DNA of 64,000 nucleotides from a bacterium. Its GTDB lineage: Bacteria > Krumholzibacteriota > Krumholzibacteriia > LZORAL124-64-63. Every line of letters starts with the position of its first letter. Position 1 is the stretch's first letter. Positions 44,849 through 53,475 of this stretch are shown one piece after another. Under the pieces are notes generated by a model that was given only the letters and a program-made list of their open reading frames with translations, made no database searches and was not told the origin of the DNA. The position numbers and the translations under genes were made by a program. The stretch is taken from positions 108,022 to 172,021 of the forward strand of contig JADJYS010000009.1 in assembly GCA_016719645.1 (NCBI GenBank). The letters are read 5' to 3'.

Positions 44849-46060
44849 GGTTCTGATTCTGAAATTGTCCCTGGCGCGGTCGTTGCCGCGCCGGGGACAT
44901 GACCACCAACACCCCCGGCTGGCAACCACCCCACTGCCCCAACCCCGACTGCCAATTCCACCAACAGGTTAGCCCCGCCTGGCGCTACAAGCGCAAGGGC
45001 TACTTCACCCGCCGCTGCGCCCCCAGGCGTATCCAGCGGTTCACGTGTCTCCACTGCGGCCGCAACTTCAGCACCCAGACCTTCTCCACCTCCTACTGGC
45101 AGAAGCGTCCCGATCTGATGCCCCGGCTGTTCCTGCAGCTCGTCGGCTCGATGTGCAACCGCCAGATCGCCAGGGCCGAACGCGTTGCCCCCGCCACCGC
45201 TCAGCGTCAGATCTCCCGCCTCGGCCGCCACTGCCTGCTGTTCCACGCCCGACAGATGGTGCAGATCGGCCCCACTCCCGAGATCGTCGTCGACGGCTTC
45301 GAGACCTTCGAGTGGAGCCAGTACTTTCCCTTCCACCACAACGTGGCCGTCGACCCTGCGACCGGCTACTTCCTGCACCACACCGACAGCCCCCTGCGCC
45401 GCAAGGGGCGCATGACCATGCGCCAGAAGGAACGACGGGCCGATCTCGAGGCGACGCTGGGCCTTCCCGACCCGCAGGCCGTCCGCAGAGGGATGACGGA
45501 ACTGCTCGAAGTAGTGACCAGGGGAACTGAATCGGTGGTGATCCGCAGCGACGATCACCCGGCGTACCCGAAAGCGATGTCGGATCTATCCTGCAGGGTC
45601 GAGCACCGGGTCACCCCGGGCAAGGAGCACCGGGACCAGCACAACTCGCTGTGGGAGGTGAACCTGCTGGACCTGCTGATCCGCCACAGCACGGCGGCGC
45701 ACAAGCGCGAGACGATCGCCTGGTCGAAGCGCCGGCAGTCGTCGGCGGAGAAGCTGGCGGTGCTGCAGGTGTGGCGCAACAACGTCAAGCGGCGGTGGGA
45801 GAACGGGCCGCCGGAGACGCCGGCGATGCTGCGGGGAGCCGTCGAGCGGGTGCTGGGGGTGCGGGACGTGTTGCGGGAGCGGTTGTTCCGGACTCGGATC
45901 GAGCTGCCAGAGGTATGGAGTCGGTACTACCAGGGCGGTGTGGAGACGGCGGCGCTGGCGGTGAACCGGCGGCACGAGCTGAAGTACGCGTATTGAGAGA
46001 ACGGCAGAGGCGAGGCCGCGGGGCCTCGCCTCTGCTAGGGACAATCTTCCGATCAGAACC
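44849..46060 (+). mobile_element. complete insertion sequence (about 1212 bp) with 26-bp imperfect terminal inverted repeats; IS1-family-like single-ORF transposase
   Basis: IRL is GGTTCTGATTCTGAAATTGTCCCTGG (44849-44874). The reverse complement of IRR (46035-46060) is GGTTCTGATCGGAAGATTGTCCCTAG, a 20/26 match. One ORF lies between them, followed by a perfect 13-bp-stem hairpin at 46005-46034. The element sits exactly between two convergent stop codons (44842 and 46060). No target-site duplication is evident. Confidence 0.8.
44899..45996 (+). CDS. DDE transposase with N-terminal zinc ribbon (IS1-like; family assignment tentative)
   Basis: The zinc ribbon is HCPNPDCQFH...FTCLHCGRNF. A likely HTH is NRQIARAERVAPATAQRQISRL. 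The acidic triad candidates are VVDGFETF, IRSDDHPAY and NSLWEVNLLDLLIRHSTAAHKRETIAWSKR. The last resembles the IS1 InsB ...ERxNLTLRxxLARLxRKTxxFSK region. Confidence 0.75.
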   Translation: MTTNTPGWQPPHCPNPDCQFHQQVSPAWRYKRKGYFTRRCAPRRIQRFTCLHCGRNFSTQTFSTSYWQKRPDLMPRLFLQLVGSMCNRQIARAERVAPATAQRQISRLGRHCLLFHARQMVQIGPTPEIVVDGFETFEWSQYFPFHHNVAVDPATGYFLHHTDSPLRRKGRMTMRQKERRADLEATLGLPDPQAVRRGMTELLEVVTRGTESVVIRSDDHPAYPKAMSDLSCRVEHRVTPGKEHRDQHNSLWEVNLLDLLIRHSTAAHKRETIAWSKRRQSSAEKLAVLQVWRNNVKRRWENGPPETPAMLRGAVERVLGVRDVLRERLFRTRIELPEVWSRYYQGGVETAALAVNRRHELKYAY

Positions 46061-49000
46061 TACTTCAAGAGGAGCATGCTCTTGGAGAAGGTCGTCTCGT
46101 CGGACCGCAGCCGGTACAGATAGGTGCCGCTAGGCGCCTGCTGCCCGCCGTCCGTCCGTCCGTCCCAGGTGATCGCGTGGTGGCGCGCCGGCAGGTTGCC
46201 CTGCACCAGACGCCGCACCAGCAGGCCGCGCAGGTCGTAGATCTCCAGGGAGACCGCCGACGGGCGCGACAGGTCGAAGCTGATCACCGTGGCCGGGTTG
46301 AAGGGGTTCGGCGCGTTCTGGAAGAGCTGGGTGACGCGCGGCACGGCGTTGGCGTCGTGCTGGTCGTCGCCCGGATCCTCGACGCCCACCGAGCTGGTGA
46401 CCGTCAGGGTCACCGGCACCACGATCTGGGCATGATCCGGATCGTTGGTGGAGATCACCACGTTGCCGGTGTAGACGCCGTCGACGAGGTTGGTCGCGTC
46501 GAACGTGACCGTGATCTCACCGCCGGCGGTGTTGCCGGGCAGGACGCCGCTCTCGGGGGCGATCGTCAGCCAGGGGGCCGGCGGCGGCACGAAGCTGTAC
46601 TTGACCGCCATGCTGTTGTGGACGTAGGCCGCGTTGAACACGGTCTGCAGTCCGTCGGTGCCCGTGGCGTTCTCGATGCCGATGGTCGCCGCGGTCAGCG
46701 TGCCGGTCATCGTCTTGTACTGGTAGACGATGGTGTCGTCGGCGTTCAGGATGGCCTGGAAGGTCTCGGGCTCCGTGGTGCCGTAGCGCACGACCGCGTC
46801 CCACTCCACGATGAACCGCTGGTTGGCGACGTCGGCGTAGTAGTACACCGTGCCGGCGGACAGCGGGTTCAGGTCGTCCCAGAACGGGGCGATCATGTTG
46901 TTGGGCTCGGCCGTGTTCGGGATGGCGGCGTTGGTGTACGTCGTCACCGACGAGGAGAACGACAGCCAGCCGTTCGAGCAGGCCCGGACGGCCGAGTAGT
47001 CGGTCCCGTAGAAGTTGAAGTTGAAGCCCAGGTTCAGCGGCGAGGACGTGATGTCGTCGCCGTCGGTCAGGGCCGTGCCGACGCCGTTGATCTCGACCCA
47101 GTTGTAGACCGGGCCGCCGAAGGCGTCGCTGTCGATCCAGGTGTAGCCGAAGCCGTCGGGGCCGCCGGAGCCCAGCAGCGGCGACGAACCCTCGCGGGTG
47201 TCGACGGCGCCCTTGGGCAGGTCGATGGCCTCGGGCTGGTCGGCCAGGTCGGTGCCGGCCAGGTCCATGGTCGCCACGGCGTTCCAGGTCAGCTCGCCGT
47301 CGCCGTTGTTGTCCAGGGTGATGACCTGCTGGGCGATCCCCAGCGGGTTCAGGACCTGGGTCAGGCTGGCCGGCGACCAGGCCACCGACGGGTAGGCCGG
47401 GGGCGTGATCGTCGGGAAGACGATGAAGTCGACGAAGGCGCAGTCGGCGCCGGTGCTGACCGAGCTGTCCTTGTCGTACGTCCAGGTGAACGTGTGCGAG
47501 CCGGAACCGACCGCGTAGGACCCGAGCGTCCAGGGCACGGTGCCGGACCACGAGCCCTGCTCGGCGCCGTCGATGGCGAAGTGCAGGTAGTCGTAGCTGG
47601 CCTCGGATTCCACCCGGTAGTAGAACTCGATGTTCCCCGCCGCGAGCACGTCCAGCGTGACCTCGAGCACCGACGACTCGGAGTCGTTGATGTCGCCGCT
47701 GCGCACGCTGTGGGTGCCCTCGTAGGCGTCGGTCGTGGTGACGAACCAGTCGGCGTCGCCCGAGGTCTCCCACGGGAACACCGCGAGGCCGCCGCTCTCG
47801 AAGTTCTCGAAGATCAGGGCGGGCAGCACGAAGTCCTGCTGCACGTCCGCCGCCAGGGCGATCGCGACCTGCTGGCTGCCCATGCCGTAGGCCTGGGCCA
47901 GCACGTTGTAGGTCGTCCCGACGGGCAGGGTCAGCGTGTAGTAGCCGGTGCCGTCGGTCGTGGCCGGGGTCACCGGGGTGCCCAGCGCGCGGACCGTGGC
48001 GCCGGCGACCGGCGCCGCCGAGTCGTCGTACACGTAGCCGTAGATCATGGCCGAGGGGGCCGGCACGAGGGCCATGTCGGCCGTGGTCGTGACGTCCTCG
48101 ACGACCGTCACCGGCTGCGAGCCGGGCAGGTAGCCGAAGGCCGAGTAGTCGAACGTGTAGCTGCCCTGCTCCATCATCATGGAGTAGAAGCCCAGGGCGT
48201 TGGTGTTGGCCGCGCGCGGGGTGCCGACGACCTCGACCAGCGCGCCGGCGACGGGATCGCCGGTGACGCTGTTGGTCACGACGCCCTCGGCCGTGCCGTA
48301 GCCCTGCATGACCGCGAGCACCGCTTCGTACGCGTCGACGAAGCCGTGGCCGTAGGTGTTGTCCTCGCCCACGGTGCCCAGGTCGTTGGCGGTGTCCATC
48401 AGGATCTGCTTGATCGTGATGACGTCCAGGCCGGGGTTGGCCGCGCGCATCAGGGCGACGACGCCGGCGATGTGCGGGCCGGCCATGGAGGTGCCGCCCA
48501 GGTACTGGTAGCCGCCGCCGGGCTCGGCGCTGTAGACGTTGTCGCCGGGGGCGCAGATCTCGGGCTTCATGGCGTAGGTGCCGCCGCAGCCCGACGGTCC
48601 GCGGCTCGAGAAGCTGCTGATCGTGTAGGGCGGCGTGTCGATCGTCGAACCGACGCTGAAGCAGTTGTAGGGGCTCGCGGCGCGGTCGCCGGGGCTGCGC
48701 AGCGTGGTGGAGCCGGGGCCCTCGTTGCCGGCCGACCAGGTCAGCACGACGCCCGCGGCCTCGCAGTTGTCGATCGCGGCCCACCAGCGGCTGTCGCAGT
48801 CGACGTAGCCGGTGAAGTTCTCGTTGACGCCCCAGCTGTTCTGCACGACGTCGGGGACGTCGCCCAGGGTCAGGGGGTTGCCGTCGGGATCGGCCATGAA
48901 CTCCAGCGAGGCGATGACGCCGTTGTCGAACGCCGAGCCGGTGCTGGAGTTGATGATGTTCGTGGCGATCCACTGCGCGCCGGGGGCCACGCCGATGGAG

Positions 49001-49749
49001 TCGTCGGCGGCCAGACCGGTGATGGTGCCCATGACGTGGGTGCCGTGGTAGTGGCGGTCGACGGGGAAGGAGGGGTCGCCCAGGTTGGCGGCGTCCAGCC
49101 AGCACTCGGCGGCCGGCGCGAAGTTGCCGCGCCAGCGGGCCGACAGGGCGGGATGGGTCCCGTCCACGCCGGTGTCCAGCACGCCGACGACGGCGCCGGT
49201 GCCGTTGATGCCCAGCTCGGTCCACACGCGGCGGGCGCCGACGGCGACCACGCCCGGGCAGATGCCGATGCCGTTGGTGTCCTTGTCGAAGCCCTTGGAC
49301 TCGGGTCCGCTGGCGGGTTCGATCAGCTCGATCTCGAGGTTGGGCTCGACGATCTCGACGTCGTCGCGCAGCGCGAGGGCGCGGGCGCCGTCGACCGTGG
49401 TGCGCACGACGACCGAGTTGACCAGCCAGTGGGACGTGTAGCCCTTGACGTCGCCGACGGCCTTGGCCGCGGCCAGGTCGGCCAGCAGGCGGCCCTGGGA
49501 GCGCTTGGAGGCGTCCTGGAGGGTGCCCACGATGATGGCGTGGCGGTCCTCCATCGACGATTTCGCGTTGTGCAGCTGCCAATCGAGGGCAGCCACGTCG
49601 ACCTGGTCCTGCAGGACGACCAGGACGGTGATCTCATCGCTCCCCTGCATGCCGCCGACGTACTTCTCGAAACCGCGGGAGACGTTCCCCGCGGCCGATA
49701 CGCCGGCCAGCATGACGAGAGCCAGGGCTAGGACGAGAACTTTTCTCAT
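46060..49749 (-). CDS. secreted S8 (subtilisin-family) serine protease, multidomain, with C-terminal PNPFNP sorting domain
   Basis: Signal peptide MRKVLVLALALVMLAGVSAAG. The catalytic triad is VGVLDTGVDGTHPAL, HGTHVMGTITG and GGTSMAGPHIAGVVALM. Two carboxypeptidase-regulatory-like domains are present (GVVTNSVTGDPVAGALVEV, GYVYDDSAAPVAGATVRA). The last 88 aa are LFQNAPNPFNPATVISF...WDGRTDGGQQAPSGTYLYRL...SMLLLK. Confidence 0.9.
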   Translation of the reverse strand: MRKVLVLALALVMLAGVSAAGNVSRGFEKYVGGMQGSDEITVLVVLQDQVDVAALDWQLHNAKSSMEDRHAIIVGTLQDASKRSQGRLLADLAAAKAVGDVKGYTSHWLVNSVVVRTTVDGARALALRDDVEIVEPNLEIELIEPASGPESKGFDKDTNGIGICPGVVAVGARRVWTELGINGTGAVVGVLDTGVDGTHPALSARWRGNFAPAAECWLDAANLGDPSFPVDRHYHGTHVMGTITGLAADDSIGVAPGAQWIATNIINSSTGSAFDNGVIASLEFMADPDGNPLTLGDVPDVVQNSWGVNENFTGYVDCDSRWWAAIDNCEAAGVVLTWSAGNEGPGSTTLRSPGDRAASPYNCFSVGSTIDTPPYTISSFSSRGPSGCGGTYAMKPEICAPGDNVYSAEPGGGYQYLGGTSMAGPHIAGVVALMRAANPGLDVITIKQILMDTANDLGTVGEDNTYGHGFVDAYEAVLAVMQGYGTAEGVVTNSVTGDPVAGALVEVVGTPRAANTNALGFYSMMMEQGSYTFDYSAFGYLPGSQPVTVVEDVTTTADMALVPAPSAMIYGYVYDDSAAPVAGATVRALGTPVTPATTDGTGYYTLTLPVGTTYNVLAQAYGMGSQQVAIALAADVQQDFVLPALIFENFESGGLAVFPWETSGDADWFVTTTDAYEGTHSVRSGDINDSESSVLEVTLDVLAAGNIEFYYRVESEASYDYLHFAIDGAEQGSWSGTVPWTLGSYAVGSGSHTFTWTYDKDSSVSTGADCAFVDFIVFPTITPPAYPSVAWSPASLTQVLNPLGIAQQVITLDNNGDGELTWNAVATMDLAGTDLADQPEAIDLPKGAVDTREGSSPLLGSGGPDGFGYTWIDSDAFGGPVYNWVEINGVGTALTDGDDITSSPLNLGFNFNFYGTDYSAVRACSNGWLSFSSSVTTYTNAAIPNTAEPNNMIAPFWDDLNPLSAGTVYYYADVANQRFIVEWDAVVRYGTTEPETFQAILNADDTIVYQYKTMTGTLTAATIGIENATGTDGLQTVFNAAYVHNSMAVKYSFVPPPAPWLTIAPESGVLPGNTAGGEITVTFDATNLVDGVYTGNVVISTNDPDHAQIVVPVTLTVTSSVGVEDPGDDQHDANAVPRVTQLFQNAPNPFNPATVISFDLSRPSAVSLEIYDLRGLLVRRLVQGNLPARHHAITWDGRTDGGQQAPSGTYLYRLRSDETTFSKSMLLLK

Positions 49750-49892
49750 GTTCGACCCCTTCTCTGGCGTAGCCAGGACTCGTGATAGAACAGAACAGAG
49801 CGCCCCGCCTCAACGCGGTGCAACACGCCTCAACCTTAGCGGGGAGAACATTCTATCACAGATCCGTTCGATTAAACAATCCCCTACTTGCC

Positions 49893-50188
49893 GATCCTGA
49901 AATCATATCAAACTAGTCGTCAATGCACGCAACTGCTTCAGGGACATTCAATTGGACGAAAACGGCCGATCGAGCCGGAGCCCGATCGGCCTAGCGACAA
50001 GTCGGCGGGGGTTGGAGGGAGAAACCGACTTGCCCCGTACCGGGAATGGTACATCTCGTCGCGTGCGATTTCAATCTTTAACCTATGGTAAATCTATCAT
50101 CGATTGATCCAGTTTCGGCCCCGACTTGCGGTGAGCCCCTGCCCGTGCTCCCGGCGGCACGGGCAGGGACAATCTTCGGGCCACGGCC
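49893..50188. repeat. possible non-autonomous or decayed copy of the IS (about 300 bp)
   Basis: The right end has an 11-bp-stem hairpin (50138-50167) followed by AGGGACAATCTTCGGGCCACGGCC (50165-50188). Its first 13 nt are identical to the IRR of the intact IS, and the junction CCTACTTC is identical. A weak IRL-like core GATCCTGAAATCAT (49893-49906) matches GATTCTGAAATTGT. CCTACTT also occurs just left of it (49883-49889). The left-end call is weak. Confidence 0.3.
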
Positions 50189-53100
50189 TACTTCTTGTAC
50201 ATGTAGTAGGCGAGGGGGATGACCACGACCGTCAGCAGCGTGGAGACCATCGCCCCGAACACCAGCGACAGCGCCAGCCCCTGGAAGATCGGGTCGAACA
50301 CCATGACCGACGAGGCCGTGATCACGGCGCCCGCCGTCAGGGCGATCGGCAGGAACCGCACGGCCCCGGACTCGATGACCGCCTCCTCGAGGGTCAGCCC
50401 CTGCTTCAGGCGCGACTCGATGAAATCGATGAGCAGCACGCTGTTGCGGACCATGATGCCCGCCAGGGCGATGAATCCGATCATCGAGGTGGCCGTGAAG
50501 AAGGCGCCGAAGATCAGGTGCCCGGGGATGATGCCCACCAGCGTCAGCGGGATCGGGATCATCATCAGGATCGGCACCACGAAGTTCTGGAACCAGCCCA
50601 CGATCAGCAGGTAGATCAGCAGCAGCACGATCGCGAAGGCCAGGCCCAGGTCGCGGAACACCTCGTAGGTGATGTGCCACTCCCCGTCCCACTTCAGGCT
50701 GGGCTGCTCGCTGTCGCCGGGCTGCGCCTTGAAGTGCTGCTTCAGCTCCGCGCCGTCGGGCAGGGGGATCTGCGCGATGCGCTCCTTCATGTCGAGGATC
50801 GCGTAGATGGGCGACTCCAGCTCGCCGGCCACGTCGGCGGTCACGTAGACCACCGGCTTGAGGTTGCGGCGGTGCAGGCTCGGGGGCAGCGTCGAGGTCT
50901 CGACCCGCACCACGTCCGACAGCGGGATCAGCGCCCCGGCGCTCGAGTAGACGTAGAGGTCGGACAGCGCGGCCAGGCTCGCGCGGTCGGCCTGCGGCAG
51001 GCGCAGGGCGATGGGGACGGCCTCGACGGCCTCCGGGATGTGGGCCAGGCCGGCGTCGAAGCCGCCCAGGGCCACCGCCAGCGTCTGGGCCACCTGGTCG
51101 GTGCCGACGCCGCGCACCGCGGCCCGCTCCTTGTCCACGACGAAGCGGTAGCGGGTCTGGTCGGCCTCGACGAACCAGTCGATGTCCACCACGCCGGGGG
51201 TGGTCTCGAAGACCTCCTTGACCTGGCGGGCGACCTCGACGCGGCTGGCCAGGTCGGGCCCGTAGACCTCGGCGACGAGCGTCGAGAGCACGGGCGGCCC
51301 GGGCGGCACCTCGGCGATCTTGACCGCGGCGCCGTGGCGCTTCGCGATCTCCTGGATCGGGCCGCGCACGCGCTTGGCGATGTCGTGGCTCTGCGCCTTG
51401 CGCTCGCCCTTGGGCAGCAGGTTCACCTGCAGGTCGGCCACCGTCGGGCCCTGCCGCAGGAAGTAGTGCCGCACCAGGCCGTTGAAGTTCACGGGCGCGG
51501 GGACGCCGGCGTAGAGCTGGTAGTCGGCCACCTCGGGCACGCCCGAGAGGTAGTCGCCGATCTCGCGCGCCACCTCGGTGGTGCGCTCGAGGGTCGTGCC
51601 CTCGGGCATGTCCACGATGACCTGGAACTCGCTCTTGTTGTCGAAGGGCAGCATCTTCACCTGGACGGTGCGCGTCACGAAGAGCAGCGACACCGCCACG
51701 GTCAGCAGGGCGACCGAGCCCAGCACCAGGATCCGCTTGCGCCCGTCGGCGATCAGCGGGGCCATGACGCGGCTGTAGAGCTTGAAGATGCGCGTGTCGT
51801 GCAGGTGGTAGCCCGTCTTCTCGGCCGCGAACTCGGGGTCGTCGGCGAAGCCGCCGGTCGCGTCCAGGGCGTCCTGGTCCTTGTGGCCGAGCAGGCGGAC
51901 GGCCAGCCAGGGCGCGACCACCAGCGCGATGAACAGCGAGAAGAGCATCGCCAGCGAGGCGCCCACCGGCATCGGGCGCATGTAGGGGCCCATCAGGCCG
52001 CGCACGAAGGCCATCGGCAGCACCGAGGCGATGACGGTGAAGGTGGCCAGGATGGTCGGGTTGCCGACCTCGTCGATGGCCTGCAGGGCCGCCAGCAGGC
52101 TGCGCCGGCCGGCCATCTTGAAGTGCCGGTGGATGTTCTCGACGATGATGATGGCGTCGTCGACGACCAGGCCGGTCACCAGGATCAGCGCGAAGAGCGT
52201 CACCCGGTTGAGCGTGTAGTCGAGGATGTAGTAGGTGAACAGCGTCAGGCCGAAGGTCGTCGGGATGGTCAGGAAGATGATCAGCGCCCCGCGCCAGCCC
52301 ATCGCCGGCAGCACCACGATCACCGCCAGCAGGATCGCCAGCAGCAGGCTGTTGATCAGCTCCTTGGCCTTGTGCTGCGCCGTCTCGCCGTAGTCGCGCG
52401 TCACGGTGAGGTTGACGTCGCCGGGGATCAGGCGGCCGCGCAGGCCCTCCACCTTCTCCAGCACGTGGGCCGCGACGCGGGTGGCGTCGCTGCCCTTGCG
52501 CTTGGAGATCGAGACGGTCACCGCCGGGTACTCCTCGCCCGCGGCGAAGCCGGCCCCGCCGGCCGCCAGCGTCGCGGCGCCGTGGCCGCCGTGCCCGCCC
52601 GCCGACGCGAACCCCGGCCCCAGGCCGTGGAAGGCGTAGCTGTCCACGTCGGCCGGCCCGTCGGCGACCGTCGCCACGTCGCCCAGGCGCACCGGGCGCT
52701 CGCCGAACACGCCGACCACCAGGTCGGCCACGTCCTGCGCCGAGGTCAGGAAGGAGCCCGCCTCGACCGTGAACTGGCGGTCCAGGGCCGCGAAGGAGCC
52801 CGCCGGCAGGCTCCGGTTGGCCGACTGCAGGGCCGGCACCACCGACAGCGGGGTGACGTTGAAGGCGGCCATGCGCTGCGGGTCCAGGTCGACGCGGATG
52901 GCGCGCTTGCGGCCGCCCACCACGTCCACGACCGAGACGTTCTCGAGGTCCTGGACCTCGTTCTTCAGCTCGCCGGCGATCTGCCGCAGCTGGAAGTGGT
53001 CGTAGTCCCGGCTCCAGAGCGTGAGCGACATGATGGGCACGTCGTCGATGGAGCGGACCTTCACCAGCGGCGGCAGGGTGCCCGCCGGCATCTGGTCGAG

Positions 53101-53475
53101 GTTGCCGGCCAGCTTGTTGTAGACGCGCACCATGGCCTTTTCCATGTCGTGGCCGACCAGGAAGCGCGCCGTGACCAGGGCGAAGTTCGGGTAGCTGCTG
53201 GTGTAGACGTACTCGACGCCCTCGACCTCCCAGATCCGCTGCTCGAGGGGGCGGGCGAGGCGGCTCTCCACCTCGGCCGGGTCGGCGCCCGGCAGCATGA
53301 CCATGATGTCGATCATCGGCACCACGATCTGGGGCTCCTCCTCGCGCGGCGTCAGCGACAGCGAGAACACGCCCAGCAGCAGCATGGCGAGGATGAGCAG
53401 CGGCGTCAGCTTCGAGTTGATGAAGGCCTGCGCCAGCCTGGTGGCGGGGCCGTACTGTCCGGGCTGGTGGGTCAT
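50188..53475 (-). CDS. RND efflux transporter, inner-membrane permease (AcrB/CzcA superfamily)
   Basis: 1095 aa with 12-TM RND architecture. The N-terminus is FINSKLTPLLILAMLLLGVFSLSLTPREEEPQIVVP. Also present are LVTGLVVDDAIIIVENI and FIALAGIMVRNSVLLIDF. Confidence 0.9.
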   Translation of the reverse strand: MTHQPGQYGPATRLAQAFINSKLTPLLILAMLLLGVFSLSLTPREEEPQIVVPMIDIMVMLPGADPAEVESRLARPLEQRIWEVEGVEYVYTSSYPNFALVTARFLVGHDMEKAMVRVYNKLAGNLDQMPAGTLPPLVKVRSIDDVPIMSLTLWSRDYDHFQLRQIAGELKNEVQDLENVSVVDVVGGRKRAIRVDLDPQRMAAFNVTPLSVVPALQSANRSLPAGSFAALDRQFTVEAGSFLTSAQDVADLVVGVFGERPVRLGDVATVADGPADVDSYAFHGLGPGFASAGGHGGHGAATLAAGGAGFAAGEEYPAVTVSISKRKGSDATRVAAHVLEKVEGLRGRLIPGDVNLTVTRDYGETAQHKAKELINSLLLAILLAVIVVLPAMGWRGALIIFLTIPTTFGLTLFTYYILDYTLNRVTLFALILVTGLVVDDAIIIVENIHRHFKMAGRRSLLAALQAIDEVGNPTILATFTVIASVLPMAFVRGLMGPYMRPMPVGASLAMLFSLFIALVVAPWLAVRLLGHKDQDALDATGGFADDPEFAAEKTGYHLHDTRIFKLYSRVMAPLIADGRKRILVLGSVALLTVAVSLLFVTRTVQVKMLPFDNKSEFQVIVDMPEGTTLERTTEVAREIGDYLSGVPEVADYQLYAGVPAPVNFNGLVRHYFLRQGPTVADLQVNLLPKGERKAQSHDIAKRVRGPIQEIAKRHGAAVKIAEVPPGPPVLSTLVAEVYGPDLASRVEVARQVKEVFETTPGVVDIDWFVEADQTRYRFVVDKERAAVRGVGTDQVAQTLAVALGGFDAGLAHIPEAVEAVPIALRLPQADRASLAALSDLYVYSSAGALIPLSDVVRVETSTLPPSLHRRNLKPVVYVTADVAGELESPIYAILDMKERIAQIPLPDGAELKQHFKAQPGDSEQPSLKWDGEWHITYEVFRDLGLAFAIVLLLIYLLIVGWFQNFVVPILMMIPIPLTLVGIIPGHLIFGAFFTATSMIGFIALAGIMVRNSVLLIDFIESRLKQGLTLEEAVIESGAVRFLPIALTAGAVITASSVMVFDPIFQGLALSLVFGAMVSTLLTVVVIPLAYYMYKK

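Noticed and set aside
49888-50091. A 67-aa plus-strand ORF in the low-GC intergenic region.
   Set aside because: It has no SD and atypical composition for this genome. It lies in what looks like IS-relic or leader sequence. There is no support for coding.
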